A DNA stretch of 64,000 nt from Candidatus Bathyarchaeota archaeon (GCA_963733055.1 CAVTBR010000001.1:992001-1056000); one strand, 5' to 3'. Counted from the first letter of the stretch, positions 1-11,204 are shown. Made by a program: numbers and translations. Notes: generated by a model not told the origin, from the letters alone.

Positions 1-405
1 CAGGATTACCCCCACAATTACCAGACCAATCCCAAGCAAACGTCCTTCAGTAACGCTCTCGCCCAAGAACAAAACGGCAAAGATTATCGAGACTACGGGG
101 CAACTACTTGCAATCGGAGAGACTATTGACAACCGGCCCACCTCGAACCCCTTGTACAAGGATAGCGTCGCAAGGCCGTTAAGCACGCCAAGCAATACAC
201 CGCCCACCAGCGCCCATGGCTGGGGAACTAGCCGTGGGAAGTCTTGCAGTGCGAAGGGCAGAACAAAGAAGCTGCCGACAACCTGCATGAACAAGGCCGT
301 CCGCAGAAACCCAATCCTGTTCGTCGTTAATTTCGCGATAAAGTCGGCGGTACCGAAGCCCGTAGCCGTTAGAAGCCCACAGAGTAGACTTAGACCATAA
401 CCCAA
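1..405 (-). CDS. EamA/DMT family transporter (5' part; runs off window start)
   Basis: Manual translation of a frame missing from the ORF track: LGYGLSLLCGLLTATGFGTADFIAK...YKGFEVGRLSIVSPIASSCPVVSIIFAVLFLGESV, a typical EamA repeat. Confidence 0.85.
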   Translation of the reverse strand, partial: MGYGLSLLCGLLTATGFGTADFIAKLTTNRIGFLRTALFMQVVGSFFVLPFALQDFPRLVPQPWALVGGVLLGVLNGLATLSLYKGFEVGRLSIVSPIASSCPVVSIIFAVLFLGESVTEGRLLGIGLVIVGVIL

Positions 406-531
406 AGCCCGATTCACTCTTCCCACGTGTTGGCGCCATTCAGGAGCATGGCGCCTAACGAAGACTCGACAGAATGTACCGAGTCAATTTAAAGCACGAC
501 GTCCAGTTCGTCCAAAGGCAGGCTGAAGTTC

Positions 532-1503
532 GTGGTATACGCGGTTGAGACGGAGGGCTTGACAAGACGTTATGGGGATTTGCTCGCCGTTGACGCACTA
601 AACCTGAGCATTAACGAGGGAGAAATCTTCGGGTTGCTCGGTCCTAACGGGGCGGGAAAGACTACAACCCTCTCAATGCTAGCCACGCTGCTCAAACCCA
701 CATCTGGGACGGCGAGGGTTAATGGGTTCGATGTCAGAAGTCAACCGTCTGATGTTCGGCGCTCGATTGGTATAGTGTTCCAGGATCCGAGCAGCGACGA
801 TATTCTAACTGGGAAGGAGAATCTGTACCTACACGCTCTCATGTTCGGTGTCCCAAAAGAACAGCGCCAAGAACGAATAGACTACGTCCTAGGCCTAGTG
901 GACCTGCGAGACCGACAGAATGATATTGTGAAGAAATACTCTGGCGGAATGCGGCGCAGACTCGAACTGGCCCGCGGCCTACTCCACAATCCCAGAATTC
1001 TATTTCTAGACGAACCGACCCTCGGCCTTGACCCGCAAACTCGAGAACACATCTGGGCATACATCCAGAACCTAGTGAAATCCGAAAAAGTTAGCGTCAT
1101 CATAACAACACATTACATGGACGAAGCAGATAGGCTATGTAACCGCGTAGCCATAATTGATCACGGTAAGATCTCGGCTTTGGATACCCCGTCAGCTTTG
1201 AAATCCAAAGTAGGCGGCGAGATCATCAAACTCCGCGTACGATCGCCCAACCTTGAACCATTAAAAAACCTGGACTACATCCTGTCCATCGACCAATCCG
1301 GAAGTACACTACGATTGACCGTTAAAGAAGCAAGTACACATTTACAAGAGGTTCTTGGCCTTGTGGGTGAAGTCGATTCTGTGGAAGTGCGCACGGCGAC
1401 TTTGAATGACGTCTTCTTACATTACACTGGGCGTGAGATTAGAGAGGAGTCCGGCGAGGGTGGCGTGTTTGAGAGAATCATTAGAGCAAGGAGTGGACAC
1501 TGA
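532..1503 (+). CDS. DrrA-type ABC exporter ATP-binding subunit
   Basis: GPNGAGKTT, YSGGMRRR, LFLDEPT. Confidence 0.95.
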   Translation: MVYAVETEGLTRRYGDLLAVDALNLSINEGEIFGLLGPNGAGKTTTLSMLATLLKPTSGTARVNGFDVRSQPSDVRRSIGIVFQDPSSDDILTGKENLYLHALMFGVPKEQRQERIDYVLGLVDLRDRQNDIVKKYSGGMRRRLELARGLLHNPRILFLDEPTLGLDPQTREHIWAYIQNLVKSEKVSVIITTHYMDEADRLCNRVAIIDHGKISALDTPSALKSKVGGEIIKLRVRSPNLEPLKNLDYILSIDQSGSTLRLTVKEASTHLQEVLGLVGEVDSVEVRTATLNDVFLHYTGREIREESGEGGVFERIIRARSGH

Positions 1504-2249
1504 TGGGTGAACTTGAGGGCTTCTACGCACTTTGGTACCGGGAGATCAAGGTGTTCACGCGGGAGAAGTCACGGATAGTATCCTCCCTATTCACACCACT
1601 CCTTTGGATAGTTGTTTTCGGCGGCGGGTTAGGATCAGCTGTGTCCCTGGCTGGGGTAAACTACCAGGTCTTCATCTTCCCCGGTATCATAGCCATGACG
1701 ATTCTCTTCTCATCCGTCTTCTTCGGGTTGTACATCGTTTGGGATAAGAAAATAGATTTCTTCAAAGAAGTACTGGTCGCCCCACTCTCGCGTACGACAA
1801 TCTTCGCGGGCAAAATGGTCGGAGGAACGATCGATGCCTTACTCCAAGGTTGCGCAATGCTCGTTCTGGGACTAGTGCTGGGAATAAACTACACAATCTT
1901 GAGAGTGCTTTTCTCGTTTGTTTTCATGTTCATACTTGCGTCGGCACTAGTGAGCCTCGGCCTTATTATCGGGTCGAACATGGAGAGTGTCGAAGGTTTC
2001 CAATTGATCATAAGCTTCCTAGTCTTTCCCATGTTTTTCTTCAGCGGAGCGCTCTTTCCACTCAAGAACCTCCCACCGTACCTCATGATCCTCACGATGC
2101 TTGACCCCGTAACCTATGCGGTTGATGGTCTTCGTGGAATACTATTGGGTTCCTCCCAGCTGCCCATTGCCCTCAACCTGGGCGTGCTCGCGGCCTTCGC
2201 GGTTGTGATGGTTGGAATCGGAACCTGGACCTTTAAACGCTTGAAATAG
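1503..2249 (+). CDS. ABC-2 type permease
   Basis: Six hydrophobic segments, FFSGALFP and PVTYAVDGLR; overlaps the ATPase stop codon. Confidence 0.93.
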   Translation: MGELEGFYALWYREIKVFTREKSRIVSSLFTPLLWIVVFGGGLGSAVSLAGVNYQVFIFPGIIAMTILFSSVFFGLYIVWDKKIDFFKEVLVAPLSRTTIFAGKMVGGTIDALLQGCAMLVLGLVLGINYTILRVLFSFVFMFILASALVSLGLIIGSNMESVEGFQLIISFLVFPMFFFSGALFPLKNLPPYLMILTMLDPVTYAVDGLRGILLGSSQLPIALNLGVLAAFAVVMVGIGTWTFKRLK

Positions 2250-2434
2250 TAAATCAAGTATTCCGATTTGAATTAGGCAAAGAACGATATTCCCTCGCCG
2301 GATTCCACCTGAATAAAGTGCAAACAGTATCTCCAACTCTGTTGTCCATTCTGAAAGCGGCACTAGTCCTATTCGATAATTAGTGACTGGGTGGAAACGT
2401 TAAAGGTTCAAGGTACGGGTTTGAGTGAGATCGA

Positions 2435-3565
2435 ATGAAAATCACTGACGTGGAAGCCATTCCATTGCGTGCTCCCGGAGTTGACGAGGAGTTCCTTGAC
2501 GGCTCACAGGATGACGTTATCATTAGAGTACACACTGACAAAAATATCGAAGGCGTGGGTGAAGTCGATGCATCTCCTGAAATCGTAAAGGCAATTGTGG
2601 AGGCTCCAACATCGCACAGCTGGAGCAAAGGCCTCAGAGAGCTCCTGATTGGTGAAGACCCTTACGATGTTGAAAGGCTATGGGAGAAGATGTACCGAGG
2701 GTCAATCTACTACGGAAGGCGAGGAGTGGGCATTGCGGCCATTAGCGGCGTGGACATTGCGCTCTGGGACGTGATTGGGAAAGCCGAATCCAAGCCAATT
2801 AGTGAACTATTTCATGGAAAGGCCCGCAGCAGAATCAAAGTGTACGCGAGCCTCTACCCCATAGGAAGAACACCTCAAGACGTGGGAAGGAACGCTGGCG
2901 ATGCAGTTACCAAGGGATTTCGAGCCGTGAAACTCGATGGCGCACCACTCGGTCAAGATCCCGCCTCTGACAGAGAGATACTAAAGGCAAGCCGAAAGGC
3001 GGTAGGAGATAAGGTCGATCTCATGACCGACGTTACTGAACCAGGGTGGGATGTACGGGAAGCCGTATCGAGGGCTCGCATGTACTCTGAATACGGTGTT
3101 TACTTCCTCGAAGCCCCATTTGGACCAGACGAACTGGAGAAATATCGAAAACTGAGCGAAGCTGTGAATCTACGAATCGCCTACGGTGAACAGTACACGA
3201 CCCGCCACGAGTTCAACGACCTGATGGACAAGGGCCGCGTCGATGTCATCCAACCCGACATAAGTAGAGCTGGGGGAATCACGGAGCTGAGAAGGATTGC
3301 TCAACTCTCAAAGGGTCGGCGCGTGCAGCTGATACCGCATTGCTGGAAGACGGGGATATCGATCGCGGCCAACCTGCATTTTCTCGCTGGAGTCCACAAT
3401 GCTCCATACTTGGAATTCGCATTGCCTCCGAACTCACCCTTGCGCTATGATTTGTTGAAACGGGATTTCAGAGTGAGGGACGGTTATGTTGAAGTTCCAA
3501 AAGAACCGGGGTTAGGCATTGAACTGAACGAAAAGACCATTCAGAAATATCGTATCGACCATTGA
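2435..3565 (+). CDS. Mandelate racemase/muconate lactonizing (enolase superfamily) enzyme, probable acid-sugar dehydratase
   Basis: AISGVDIALWD, D/E/E metal ligands (MTDV, FLEAP, GEQ), QPD, PHCW, PGLGIE. Confidence 0.9.
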   Translation: MKITDVEAIPLRAPGVDEEFLDGSQDDVIIRVHTDKNIEGVGEVDASPEIVKAIVEAPTSHSWSKGLRELLIGEDPYDVERLWEKMYRGSIYYGRRGVGIAAISGVDIALWDVIGKAESKPISELFHGKARSRIKVYASLYPIGRTPQDVGRNAGDAVTKGFRAVKLDGAPLGQDPASDREILKASRKAVGDKVDLMTDVTEPGWDVREAVSRARMYSEYGVYFLEAPFGPDELEKYRKLSEAVNLRIAYGEQYTTRHEFNDLMDKGRVDVIQPDISRAGGITELRRIAQLSKGRRVQLIPHCWKTGISIAANLHFLAGVHNAPYLEFALPPNSPLRYDLLKRDFRVRDGYVEVPKEPGLGIELNEKTIQKYRIDH

Positions 3566-3579
3566 CAAGCAGCATCTAT

Positions 3580-4612
3580 TCACATTGAAAACTGGACCTT
3601 GCATCCCTCGCGAGCCGTCGCGATTTTGAACGCTGACGCAGCCTCATCTATAGGAAATGTATGCGTAACCAAAGGTTTGAGCATGACCTTCTGGTTTACT
3701 ACCAAGTTCATCGCTTCCTCGTAATTCTTCCAGGTTGATGCGAAAGTGCCGTATAATGAAACCTGTCTTCGGACTAGGTCGGTCACGGGTAGTTCGACTG
3801 GCTTTGCGAATATACCGATGTTGATTATCTTGCCCCCTTTCCTAACGAGTTGGCACGCTTGGTTCAACGCTTCGCCTGAACCCGCCGCCACTACACCCAC
3901 GTCAGCCCCTATCCCTCCTGTCAGCTCCTTCGTTCTTTCCACAGGATTCTGTTCTGTCGAATTGAGTGTCGTGAAACCCATCGTTCGTGCGATCTCAAGC
4001 CTCGCCAAATCGATGTCAATTCCCGTGACGAGTACGTCTTGGGCGCCTGATGAGCGTGCAACTTGGGCCGCCATCAATCCTATGGGGCCTGGTCCGAGGA
4101 CGGTGACGAAGTCCGTTGGTTCAACCCTCGCAACGTCCAGAAGTCCGTGAACCGTAACCGCCAAGGGTTCTATTAGGGCCGCTTCTAGAAAAGTTAGCTC
4201 GCCCCTCAACTTGTGAAGATGCCTTTCGGGAACATTCAGGTATTCAGAAAATCCGCCGTTTGTGTGTATTCCAAAGATTTTGAAGTTCAAGCAAAGGTTC
4301 GTTTGTCCCTCGCGGCAAAACTTACAGGATCCACAAGATAGAATGGATTCCCCCATGACGCGGTCCCCTGATCTGAAATCCTCCACCCCGGACCCCACCT
4401 CACTGATCTCACCGGCGTATTCGTGGCCGGGTATAACTGGAAGTCTCGCAAAACCCGCAGTACGCGGCCGTGTAATTGTAAAGACCAATGTCGCTTCCGC
4501 ATATCGACGCGCGGTGAACCTTGAGTAGGACTTCATGCGGAGTCGGTCGGGGCTTAGGCATTTCCTTGACTGAGATACCCGGAACTGGATTGTCCTTCAC
4601 AACCGCTTTCAC
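3580..4612 (-). CDS. Zn-dependent alcohol/polyol dehydrogenase (one apparent +1 frameshift near 4459)
   Basis: N-terminal frame VKAVVK...SICGSD joins the frame with GHE, CGSCKFCREGQTNLC and GPGPIG once one base is removed. Confidence 0.88.
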
Positions 4613-4734
4613 ACTTCCATACCTCACTTCTTCAACTGAAGGGATGGTATCGTTGCGTATTTGCGTTGTTGCGCCTTGATAGCTTGTAGTAAGTGATTTC
4701 AAGAACCAGCGTAACTTGAATCGTTCGAGAATCT

Positions 4735-5673
4735 ATGACCTATCTAGTCACTGGAGGCACAGGATTCATCGGCGCTTACGTAATACGAGATCTGCTCGAG
4801 AAGGGTGAAAGGGTCGTAAGTTTCGATGCTTCTACAGATCTTACAATAATGGAGTATGCTAATGACCCTCGCAAGATGGAAAAAATTGTCCGGGTGTCAG
4901 GTGACCTTCTCGACCTTCCGCTCTTGCTGAACACTATAAAGGAACATGGGGTCGAGAAAATTGTGCACATGGCTTCGCTTCAAATACCGGCGTCCGACGC
5001 AAACCCACCGGCCGCAGTGAAAATCAACTGCGAAGGCACATTGAATATTCTAGAAGCTTGTCGTGTATTCAAAATCAATCGACTTGTGTGGGCCAGTTCG
5101 ATAGCCGTCTTCGGCCCTCCCGAATTTTACGGAGAGAAACCTGTTGCAAACGACGCACCCCATCACCCCGTAAGCGTGTACGGTGCTTGCAAGTCTCTGA
5201 ACGAGTACATCGCCAAACATTACTTTGACAAGTATGGCGTAGACAGCATCGGCCTGAGGTTCACGGACGTTTATGGGATAGGTAGAATTCGTGGGAAGAG
5301 TTCCTTCACCACCAAAATGATCGAGATGGCGGCGAGAGGTGAACCATACACAGTTCCTTATGGCGATGACTTGGTGGATTGGCAGTATATCGAAGACGTA
5401 TCTAGCCTAGTCATCAAAGCCTTACAATTACCTCAGAAGACGAAAACGCGAGTGTTCAACACGCAGGGCGATGTCCGCCCTGTCGTTGAGAGCGTCAATT
5501 ACCTTCAGAAAATCGCGAAGAACGCAAAACTAGATGTTGAGGGAGGAAAGTTCGGGATCGCCTGGAGATACGATACAACGCCGCTGAAGGAAGAGGTTGG
5601 CTTTGAACCGCAATATACGATGGAGAGTGGAATCGAGAAAACATACCGCGGTTTTCTAGCTCAATTAGCGTAG
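4735..5673 (+). CDS. NAD-dependent epimerase/dehydratase (extended SDR)
   Basis: TGGTGFIG, YGACK. Confidence 0.92.
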   Translation: MTYLVTGGTGFIGAYVIRDLLEKGERVVSFDASTDLTIMEYANDPRKMEKIVRVSGDLLDLPLLLNTIKEHGVEKIVHMASLQIPASDANPPAAVKINCEGTLNILEACRVFKINRLVWASSIAVFGPPEFYGEKPVANDAPHHPVSVYGACKSLNEYIAKHYFDKYGVDSIGLRFTDVYGIGRIRGKSSFTTKMIEMAARGEPYTVPYGDDLVDWQYIEDVSSLVIKALQLPQKTKTRVFNTQGDVRPVVESVNYLQKIAKNAKLDVEGGKFGIAWRYDTTPLKEEVGFEPQYTMESGIEKTYRGFLAQLA

Positions 5674-5716
5674 AGATCGCGCCGCTTCAGTAAACGCAGG
5701 TTCCGCGTTATCGGCC

Positions 5717-6849
5717 TCACACTTTGACGGCGCAGTCTTCAATTACAGTTTGGTCTAGCTCTATTCCGAGCCCGGGACCATCGGGTATTGTTAAGTATCC
5801 ATTTTCGGCCTTCATCGGTTTCTTGGCAAGCCGGGTAATGAGGGGGCTTGCGGTTCTTCTGAACTCGAGCAAGAATGCCCTAGGCATTGCGGCTACGAGT
5901 TGGAGATTGGCTGCAACGTTGATGGCGCTGCTGAATCCATGAGGGACAAGCATGATGTTCCAAAGGTCGCAAGCTTCCGCTATCCTACCGCGCCTCGGTT
6001 AGCCCGCCCGCCTTAGTTACATCGGGCTGCAAGATGTCTACGGCCCGGTTAACTATCCAGTCTCGGAAACCGTAGCGTGTGTACTCACCTTCACCGGCAG
6101 CGATGTAAACGTCCGCGGCTTTCCTCAATTCCGCGTAAGCTTCTGCATCCTCTTGAGGAAGGGCTTCCTCGAGCCAGAAAATATTGTATTTCCCTAGGCG
6201 TTTAGCCATTCTGATCGCATGGGGGAGGGACCAGTTGACGAACCGTCCCACATCCACCATGATGTCTATCTTGTCGCCTAACCGTTCTCGAAGAGTTCGC
6301 ACCATGGCTTCATCCTTCTCAGCGTCCAATCCAAAGGAAGTCTCTCGGGTTTGGCCCCAGCCGAATTTCACGGCCGTGTAACCTTCCTTGACATAGCTTT
6401 TCGCTTCATCAACTGTAGCTTCAAAGTCTTGCATGTCGAAAAGCATGCTTGCGTATACTCGGATCTTTTTCCGGTATGTTCCTCCGAGTAAAGTTGATAC
6501 TGGCAGGTGAAGGGCCTTACCCATAATGTCCCAGAGCGCCACATCTACTCCGCTCAATCCATAGATTGCGATTCCTCGCCTCCCGTACCATTCAGAGTAC
6601 GCGTACAGTTTTTCCCAAATTCGGCCTATCTCAAACGGGTTCTCGCCGACTAGCTGGGGCTTAAAGCCCACCTCAACGATTTCTTTGACCGCAAGCGTTG
6701 CTTCACTTCTTTCGCTATGCGCGACATGTTTCTCCGATCCCGGTAATTCCATCATCTGTGTCGATCGTCACAAGCGCAGCGTCCGGTCCGCCCGAGATGG
6801 ATTTCTCGGCAGTCTTCAACGGAGTGACGGTAACGTCAGTAATCTTCAT
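5717..6849 (-). CDS. Enolase-superfamily (MR/MLE) enzyme, two apparent +1 frameshifts (near 6724 and 5987)
   Basis: MKITDVTVTPL...DDGITGIGE, SGVDVALWD...QPD and LVPHG...PGLGIE lie in three consecutive frames. Confidence 0.88.
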
Positions 6850-7040
6850 TCCAAATCAGTCGTCCCAAGATTGTCTGTCCGAAACATAAAGGGATGGGAA
6901 GGGAACTAAGACGCTTGGAATCCGACCCTACGAATCTCCGGTTTTAGACGAAGTCGGAGCTCTACCAAGGATTTAGTAAGGAAATGTGAGGTAACAGAGC
7001 AAATCGCAGTTTAGCAAATTGTTGGAGAGTTCGGGTACGC

Positions 7041-8060
7041 ATGAAGCCTTCTCTGAAACTCGGTTACTCGGTTGCTCATGAACAGTATAATCCAAGTAAG
7101 CTTCTTGAGTTTACGGTGGCGGCTGAGAAGGCGGGTTTCGATGGGATATGGTGCAGTGACCATTTCCATCCTTGGTTTCATACGAACGCTTCCGGGGGTT
7201 TCGCTTGGGCCTGGATGGGTTCTGCGGCTGAGAAGACGAAAAAGGTACAGATCGGTTCAGCAGTAACATGCCCAATGTTCCGCTATAACCCGGCGATCGT
7301 CGCACAAGCCTTTGCAACTCTGGGCTTCATGTATCCTGAGAGGATTTTCTTGGGTTTGGGTACTGGAGAGGCAATGAATGAGGTTCCACTAGGCTACCGA
7401 TGGCCGTCTTTCAAAGAGAGGATCCAACGCCTAGAAGAGGCAATCAAAGTCATCAAGCTCCTTTGGAGTGAAAGCTGGGTGAGCTTCAAAGGACGCTATT
7501 ACCGACTGAAAAAAGCGAACTTGTACACAAAACCGAAATCACCTGTGCCAATATACGTTGCCGCTAGCGGTGTGGCGGCAACTGAACTTGCCGGCCGGTA
7601 CGCGGACGGGTTTTTGACTCTGCCTTTTCCTGAGAGTCATTACACAAACGTTCTCTTTCCTACCTTAAACAAAGCTGCCCGTGAAGCGGGAAGAGATCCC
7701 GAGAGCATTGACAAGGCCGTAGAAGTATACGTTTCCTACAGCGAAGATTACGATAAGGCGTTGGCATCGGTTCGATGCTGGGCGGGCACTGTCCTCCCCT
7801 TCGTTTTCAAATACCCGGTTTCCGATCCAAGGGAGATTGAAGCCCACGGGCGACTAGTCGGAAACGAACAACTAACTCAATCATGGCTTATCGGCACAAC
7901 CGCTGAACAACACATTAAGTGCATTGAAAAGTACATCCGTCTAGGTTTCACGAACATTCACGTTACGAGTTCAAGTCCTGAGGAATCCAAAACAATCGAA
8001 ATCTATGCAAAACAGATCGTGCCATATATCAAATCAACATATGCAAAATCGACTCAGTAA
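7041..8060 (+). CDS. F420-dependent LLM-class oxidoreductase (G6PDH-like family)
   Basis: AHEQ, SDHFHPW, GLGTGEAMNE. Confidence 0.9.
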   Translation: MKPSLKLGYSVAHEQYNPSKLLEFTVAAEKAGFDGIWCSDHFHPWFHTNASGGFAWAWMGSAAEKTKKVQIGSAVTCPMFRYNPAIVAQAFATLGFMYPERIFLGLGTGEAMNEVPLGYRWPSFKERIQRLEEAIKVIKLLWSESWVSFKGRYYRLKKANLYTKPKSPVPIYVAASGVAATELAGRYADGFLTLPFPESHYTNVLFPTLNKAAREAGRDPESIDKAVEVYVSYSEDYDKALASVRCWAGTVLPFVFKYPVSDPREIEAHGRLVGNEQLTQSWLIGTTAEQHIKCIEKYIRLGFTNIHVTSSSPEESKTIEIYAKQIVPYIKSTYAKSTQ

Positions 8061-8131
8061 AGCGGCCCGAGCATCTTTTCCACAGTACGCTGTAGGACGA
8101 TAATCCGCTCTCGGCGTCGTTTCGAGTGTGT

Positions 8132-9751
8132 CTATTCAGGGGGGATGTTTCGGAATATCATTCCGATGTCTATCCCTTGCTTCTTTCTTATGGCCACTAT
8201 GACCCAGTATAGTATGAATGGAATCACGAAGGTCGCTACAAGAAGGAGTGTGGAGGGAAGACCGAAACCTAGGGCTGGGGTGAAGGTGAACGCGTATACG
8301 GCGAGACCATTGTAAAATAGTCCAAGTATTCCGCCAATGCTGATGACAGGGATTCCAGCTATCTGGTACTTTCTCACAGGTGAATTTGCCCAGAGGCTCT
8401 TCCTGAGAGGAAGTAGTGCCGCGGCTAAGCAGAGGACTGATACTGTGACTAGCGTCGTATCCCAGGCGGCCGCTGTAAAGAACCCCAGATAGGAGGCATA
8501 GAAAGTGAACACGACGAAAACGAACAAGCCGATAATCCAATTGACGGATATGCTGAAAACAGGAGTGTGGAACCTGTCGCTCACGTCAGAAAACTTCGAA
8601 GGCAGAAGACGGTCGAATGACCAAGCAAACGATTCCCTGCTCAGGACAAGCATTGTCGCGGGCACATAACAAAACGTCGCAGCCACCATACTTGCCATAA
8701 TAAGGAACTGTATTACTGGATTGTTCGCTAGCATCATAGGAACTAAAATCATGACGATTGATCCAGAAAAGCCGGTAATCGCGGGTATGCTAAAGTAACT
8801 AGAGTTGTAAGACAGGATTTGGTTGATCGAGACTAAGATGTCGTTGCCGACCGTTTGCCGGGCGGCGAGCAGAGATACTGTAACTATTATCGCAATCAGC
8901 GCACTCGGTATGAGCATGGCATAGAGGTGAGTCTTCGCCTCATTCGCTCTTCTTACCTCTCCGGAAGCATATGCGTTCCAGTAAGTGTTGAACGAGCCTG
9001 CTGTGAAGCCCAACGAGAAGAGTATCGGTAGCGGTGCCAGGGTTAGCGGGGTGAAGGCCGGGGCATAGTTGGTCTTTGCGTAGGTTATGATTGCTGTTGA
9101 ATTCGATCCGAGGTAGGTCGGTAGAACGTTTGAGAGTTGTGCACTACTGGCACCAACCCATAGTGCGATTATGAGGAAAATGCCGATGAACATGACTATG
9201 GTCATAGGGAGCTGGAAGGTTCTAACCAGCCTCCGTGTGCCCAGTACAGTAACTGCTAAACAGATGAGAAGGAAAATCGCGCCTACGATAATCACCCAGA
9301 ATGGTTGTGTGAGAGCGAGCGAAGCGGCCACTAGTCCTGGGTTCCCACTCGAAATACCCATGGTGTACAACCCCGGCACTAACCCCCATGTGATCATGAA
9401 ACTTGGGTAGAGTGCGAGAGCCAAAATCCAGCCTAACCACATCAACGCTTCGGAAGGCCACCCAATTGCGGGATGCAGGACGCGGCTAGTTGCAACGTAT
9501 GGTGCAGCGGACCGGGGAAAGGTTGCAGAAAGCATAGCATAGGAAACGATGGATCCCAAAACGCTGAAAATGAACCCGAGCCCCGTCGCTAAGAGTGGGT
9601 CTCCTCCGGGGACTGCAAACCAAATCCACCATGGAGTTAGCGCGAGAGCGGCAAGCGGGACCACCCCATTCATGTTGGTCATCAAGTGGTCGAAGAAGCT
9701 AATTTCACGCACTAAGCCCGTTGCATCTCTAACGAAGGTTTTCGCGGCCAA
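8132..9751 (-). CDS. APC family amino acid permease
   Basis: FVRDATGLVRE N-terminus, about 12 TMs, RESFAWSFDRLLP, C-terminal FRNIPPE. Confidence 0.88.
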   Translation of the reverse strand: MAAKTFVRDATGLVREISFFDHLMTNMNGVVPLAALALTPWWIWFAVPGGDPLLATGLGFIFSVLGSIVSYAMLSATFPRSAAPYVATSRVLHPAIGWPSEALMWLGWILALALYPSFMITWGLVPGLYTMGISSGNPGLVAASLALTQPFWVIIVGAIFLLICLAVTVLGTRRLVRTFQLPMTIVMFIGIFLIIALWVGASSAQLSNVLPTYLGSNSTAIITYAKTNYAPAFTPLTLAPLPILFSLGFTAGSFNTYWNAYASGEVRRANEAKTHLYAMLIPSALIAIIVTVSLLAARQTVGNDILVSINQILSYNSSYFSIPAITGFSGSIVMILVPMMLANNPVIQFLIMASMVAATFCYVPATMLVLSRESFAWSFDRLLPSKFSDVSDRFHTPVFSISVNWIIGLFVFVVFTFYASYLGFFTAAAWDTTLVTVSVLCLAAALLPLRKSLWANSPVRKYQIAGIPVISIGGILGLFYNGLAVYAFTFTPALGFGLPSTLLLVATFVIPFILYWVIVAIRKKQGIDIGMIFRNIPPE

Positions 9752-9875
9752 TCAACAAGCACAAGTAATTCGCAGCTCAGTGCGCTTATAACACTATTGG
9801 GGCATAGTGCAGTGCCGCACGAACGAGCATTAGCTTTTCTTCTCGTGAACGGAACTTCTCACGTGGCTTGGTTAG

Positions 9876-11048
9876 ATGAAGATCACTAAGATAGAATCCT
9901 ATGTTCTCCTGGTGCCAGATTACGATCACAGGGCGTGTAGCTCCGCCCAAGATGACATCGTCATCAAGGTTTACACGGACGAGGGAATCGTAGGGATCGG
10001 AGAGACAGACACGAACCCATGGGCGACGAAAGCCTACATCGAGGCGCCCGGAACCCACTGCATGGCATTAGGTTTCAAAGAGATGTTGGTAGGAGAAGAT
10101 CCAACGCGAACCGAGGCGCTGTGGGACAAAATGTACGTGTCTACGGCGATGCCGGGTAGGAGAGGTTTGGGCATCTGTGCGATCGGTGCAATTGACATGG
10201 CACTCTGGGACATCAAAGGAAAAGCCCTTGGAAAACCTGTATGGGAGCTGTTGGGTGGAGCCAAGCAATCTCATATCATACCATACGCAAGTCTTCTTCC
10301 AAATGGAACCACTCTCCAGGAATATGCCGAAAATCTGAAAGAGAAACTAGTTCAAGCGAAGAATCACGGTTTCAACGCAGCGAAACTTGAAGTCTGCGTT
10401 AACGGTCCGTATTCTCACGTAGGTCTACAGGAGAAGGATTCTGAGATCATCAACATAGTCGCCTCGTGCCGAGACGCAGTTGGTCCGAATATGACGTTGA
10501 TGGTGGATGTTGCATACTGTTGGAACGATTGGAAGACAGCTTTGCAAACCATCCAGAAGCTTGAGCCTTACGATCTTTACTTTATGGAGACGCCCCTAAG
10601 ATCTGATGACGTAGACGGTTACGCGTCCCTTGCAGATCAAACCCCGACCAAGATTGCTGCTGGGGAATGGCTTCAAACTCGTTTCGAGTTCCAAGACCTG
10701 ATCGACCGAGGGCACATTGATGTCGCTCAGCCGGATGTCGGACGCGTGGGTGGTTTAACAGAAGCGAAAAGGGTCGTGGAGTTAGCTGTCGACAGAGGTA
10801 AGCTGATTGTGCCACATTGTTGGAAGACGGGAATCGGTATCGCTGCCTCAGCGCATCTCGCGATATCGTCACCCAACTGTCCTTTCATCGAGTATTTGCC
10901 AGCGGAATTATCTGAATCTGCCATAAGGCGGGAATTAGTGAAAGACGAGCTGAGGGTGCAGCGTGGTGAGATTCTTCTACCTAGGCAACCTGGGTTAGGG
11001 ATAGAGCTGAGTGAGGCCGCCTTAGAGAAGTATACCGTGGATTCATAA
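9876..11048 (+). CDS. Enolase-superfamily (MR/MLE) enzyme
   Basis: AIGAIDMALWD, MVDV, FMETP, AAGE, QPD, PHCW. Confidence 0.9.
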   Translation: MKITKIESYVLLVPDYDHRACSSAQDDIVIKVYTDEGIVGIGETDTNPWATKAYIEAPGTHCMALGFKEMLVGEDPTRTEALWDKMYVSTAMPGRRGLGICAIGAIDMALWDIKGKALGKPVWELLGGAKQSHIIPYASLLPNGTTLQEYAENLKEKLVQAKNHGFNAAKLEVCVNGPYSHVGLQEKDSEIINIVASCRDAVGPNMTLMVDVAYCWNDWKTALQTIQKLEPYDLYFMETPLRSDDVDGYASLADQTPTKIAAGEWLQTRFEFQDLIDRGHIDVAQPDVGRVGGLTEAKRVVELAVDRGKLIVPHCWKTGIGIAASAHLAISSPNCPFIEYLPAELSESAIRRELVKDELRVQRGEILLPRQPGLGIELSEAALEKYTVDS

Positions 11049-11051
11049 CAT

Positions 11052-11204
11052 CTACCTGATTGCCCTTAACGACTTTCTCGCGGCTATTGTCAAAACAGCA
11101 TTGTATCATTGCGAAGAGGGATCAAACTCCACCAAGAAATATGGTCCAGGAGGGATTGGGCCGCTTAGATCCTCGATTAACGCAATGCGTGCCAAAACGA
11201 CCAC
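11052..11204 (-). pseudogene. Truncated remnant of a RAD55/KaiC-like gene
   Basis: Translates VVLARIALIEDLSGPIPPGPYFLVEFDPSSQ*YNAVLTIAA, aligning with the N-terminus of 19065..19793; in-frame TGA at 11106-11108. Confidence 0.65.

Noticed and set aside
2389-2406. GTGGAA before the TATA box of the first enolase as a regulon member
   Set aside because: Spacing to TATA is 3 nt rather than 6 and there is no partner box; it could be an ordinary BRE
5985-6716. TAG stops in the second enolase read as pyrrolysine
   Set aside because: Homology continues in a different frame, so read-through would not restore the protein
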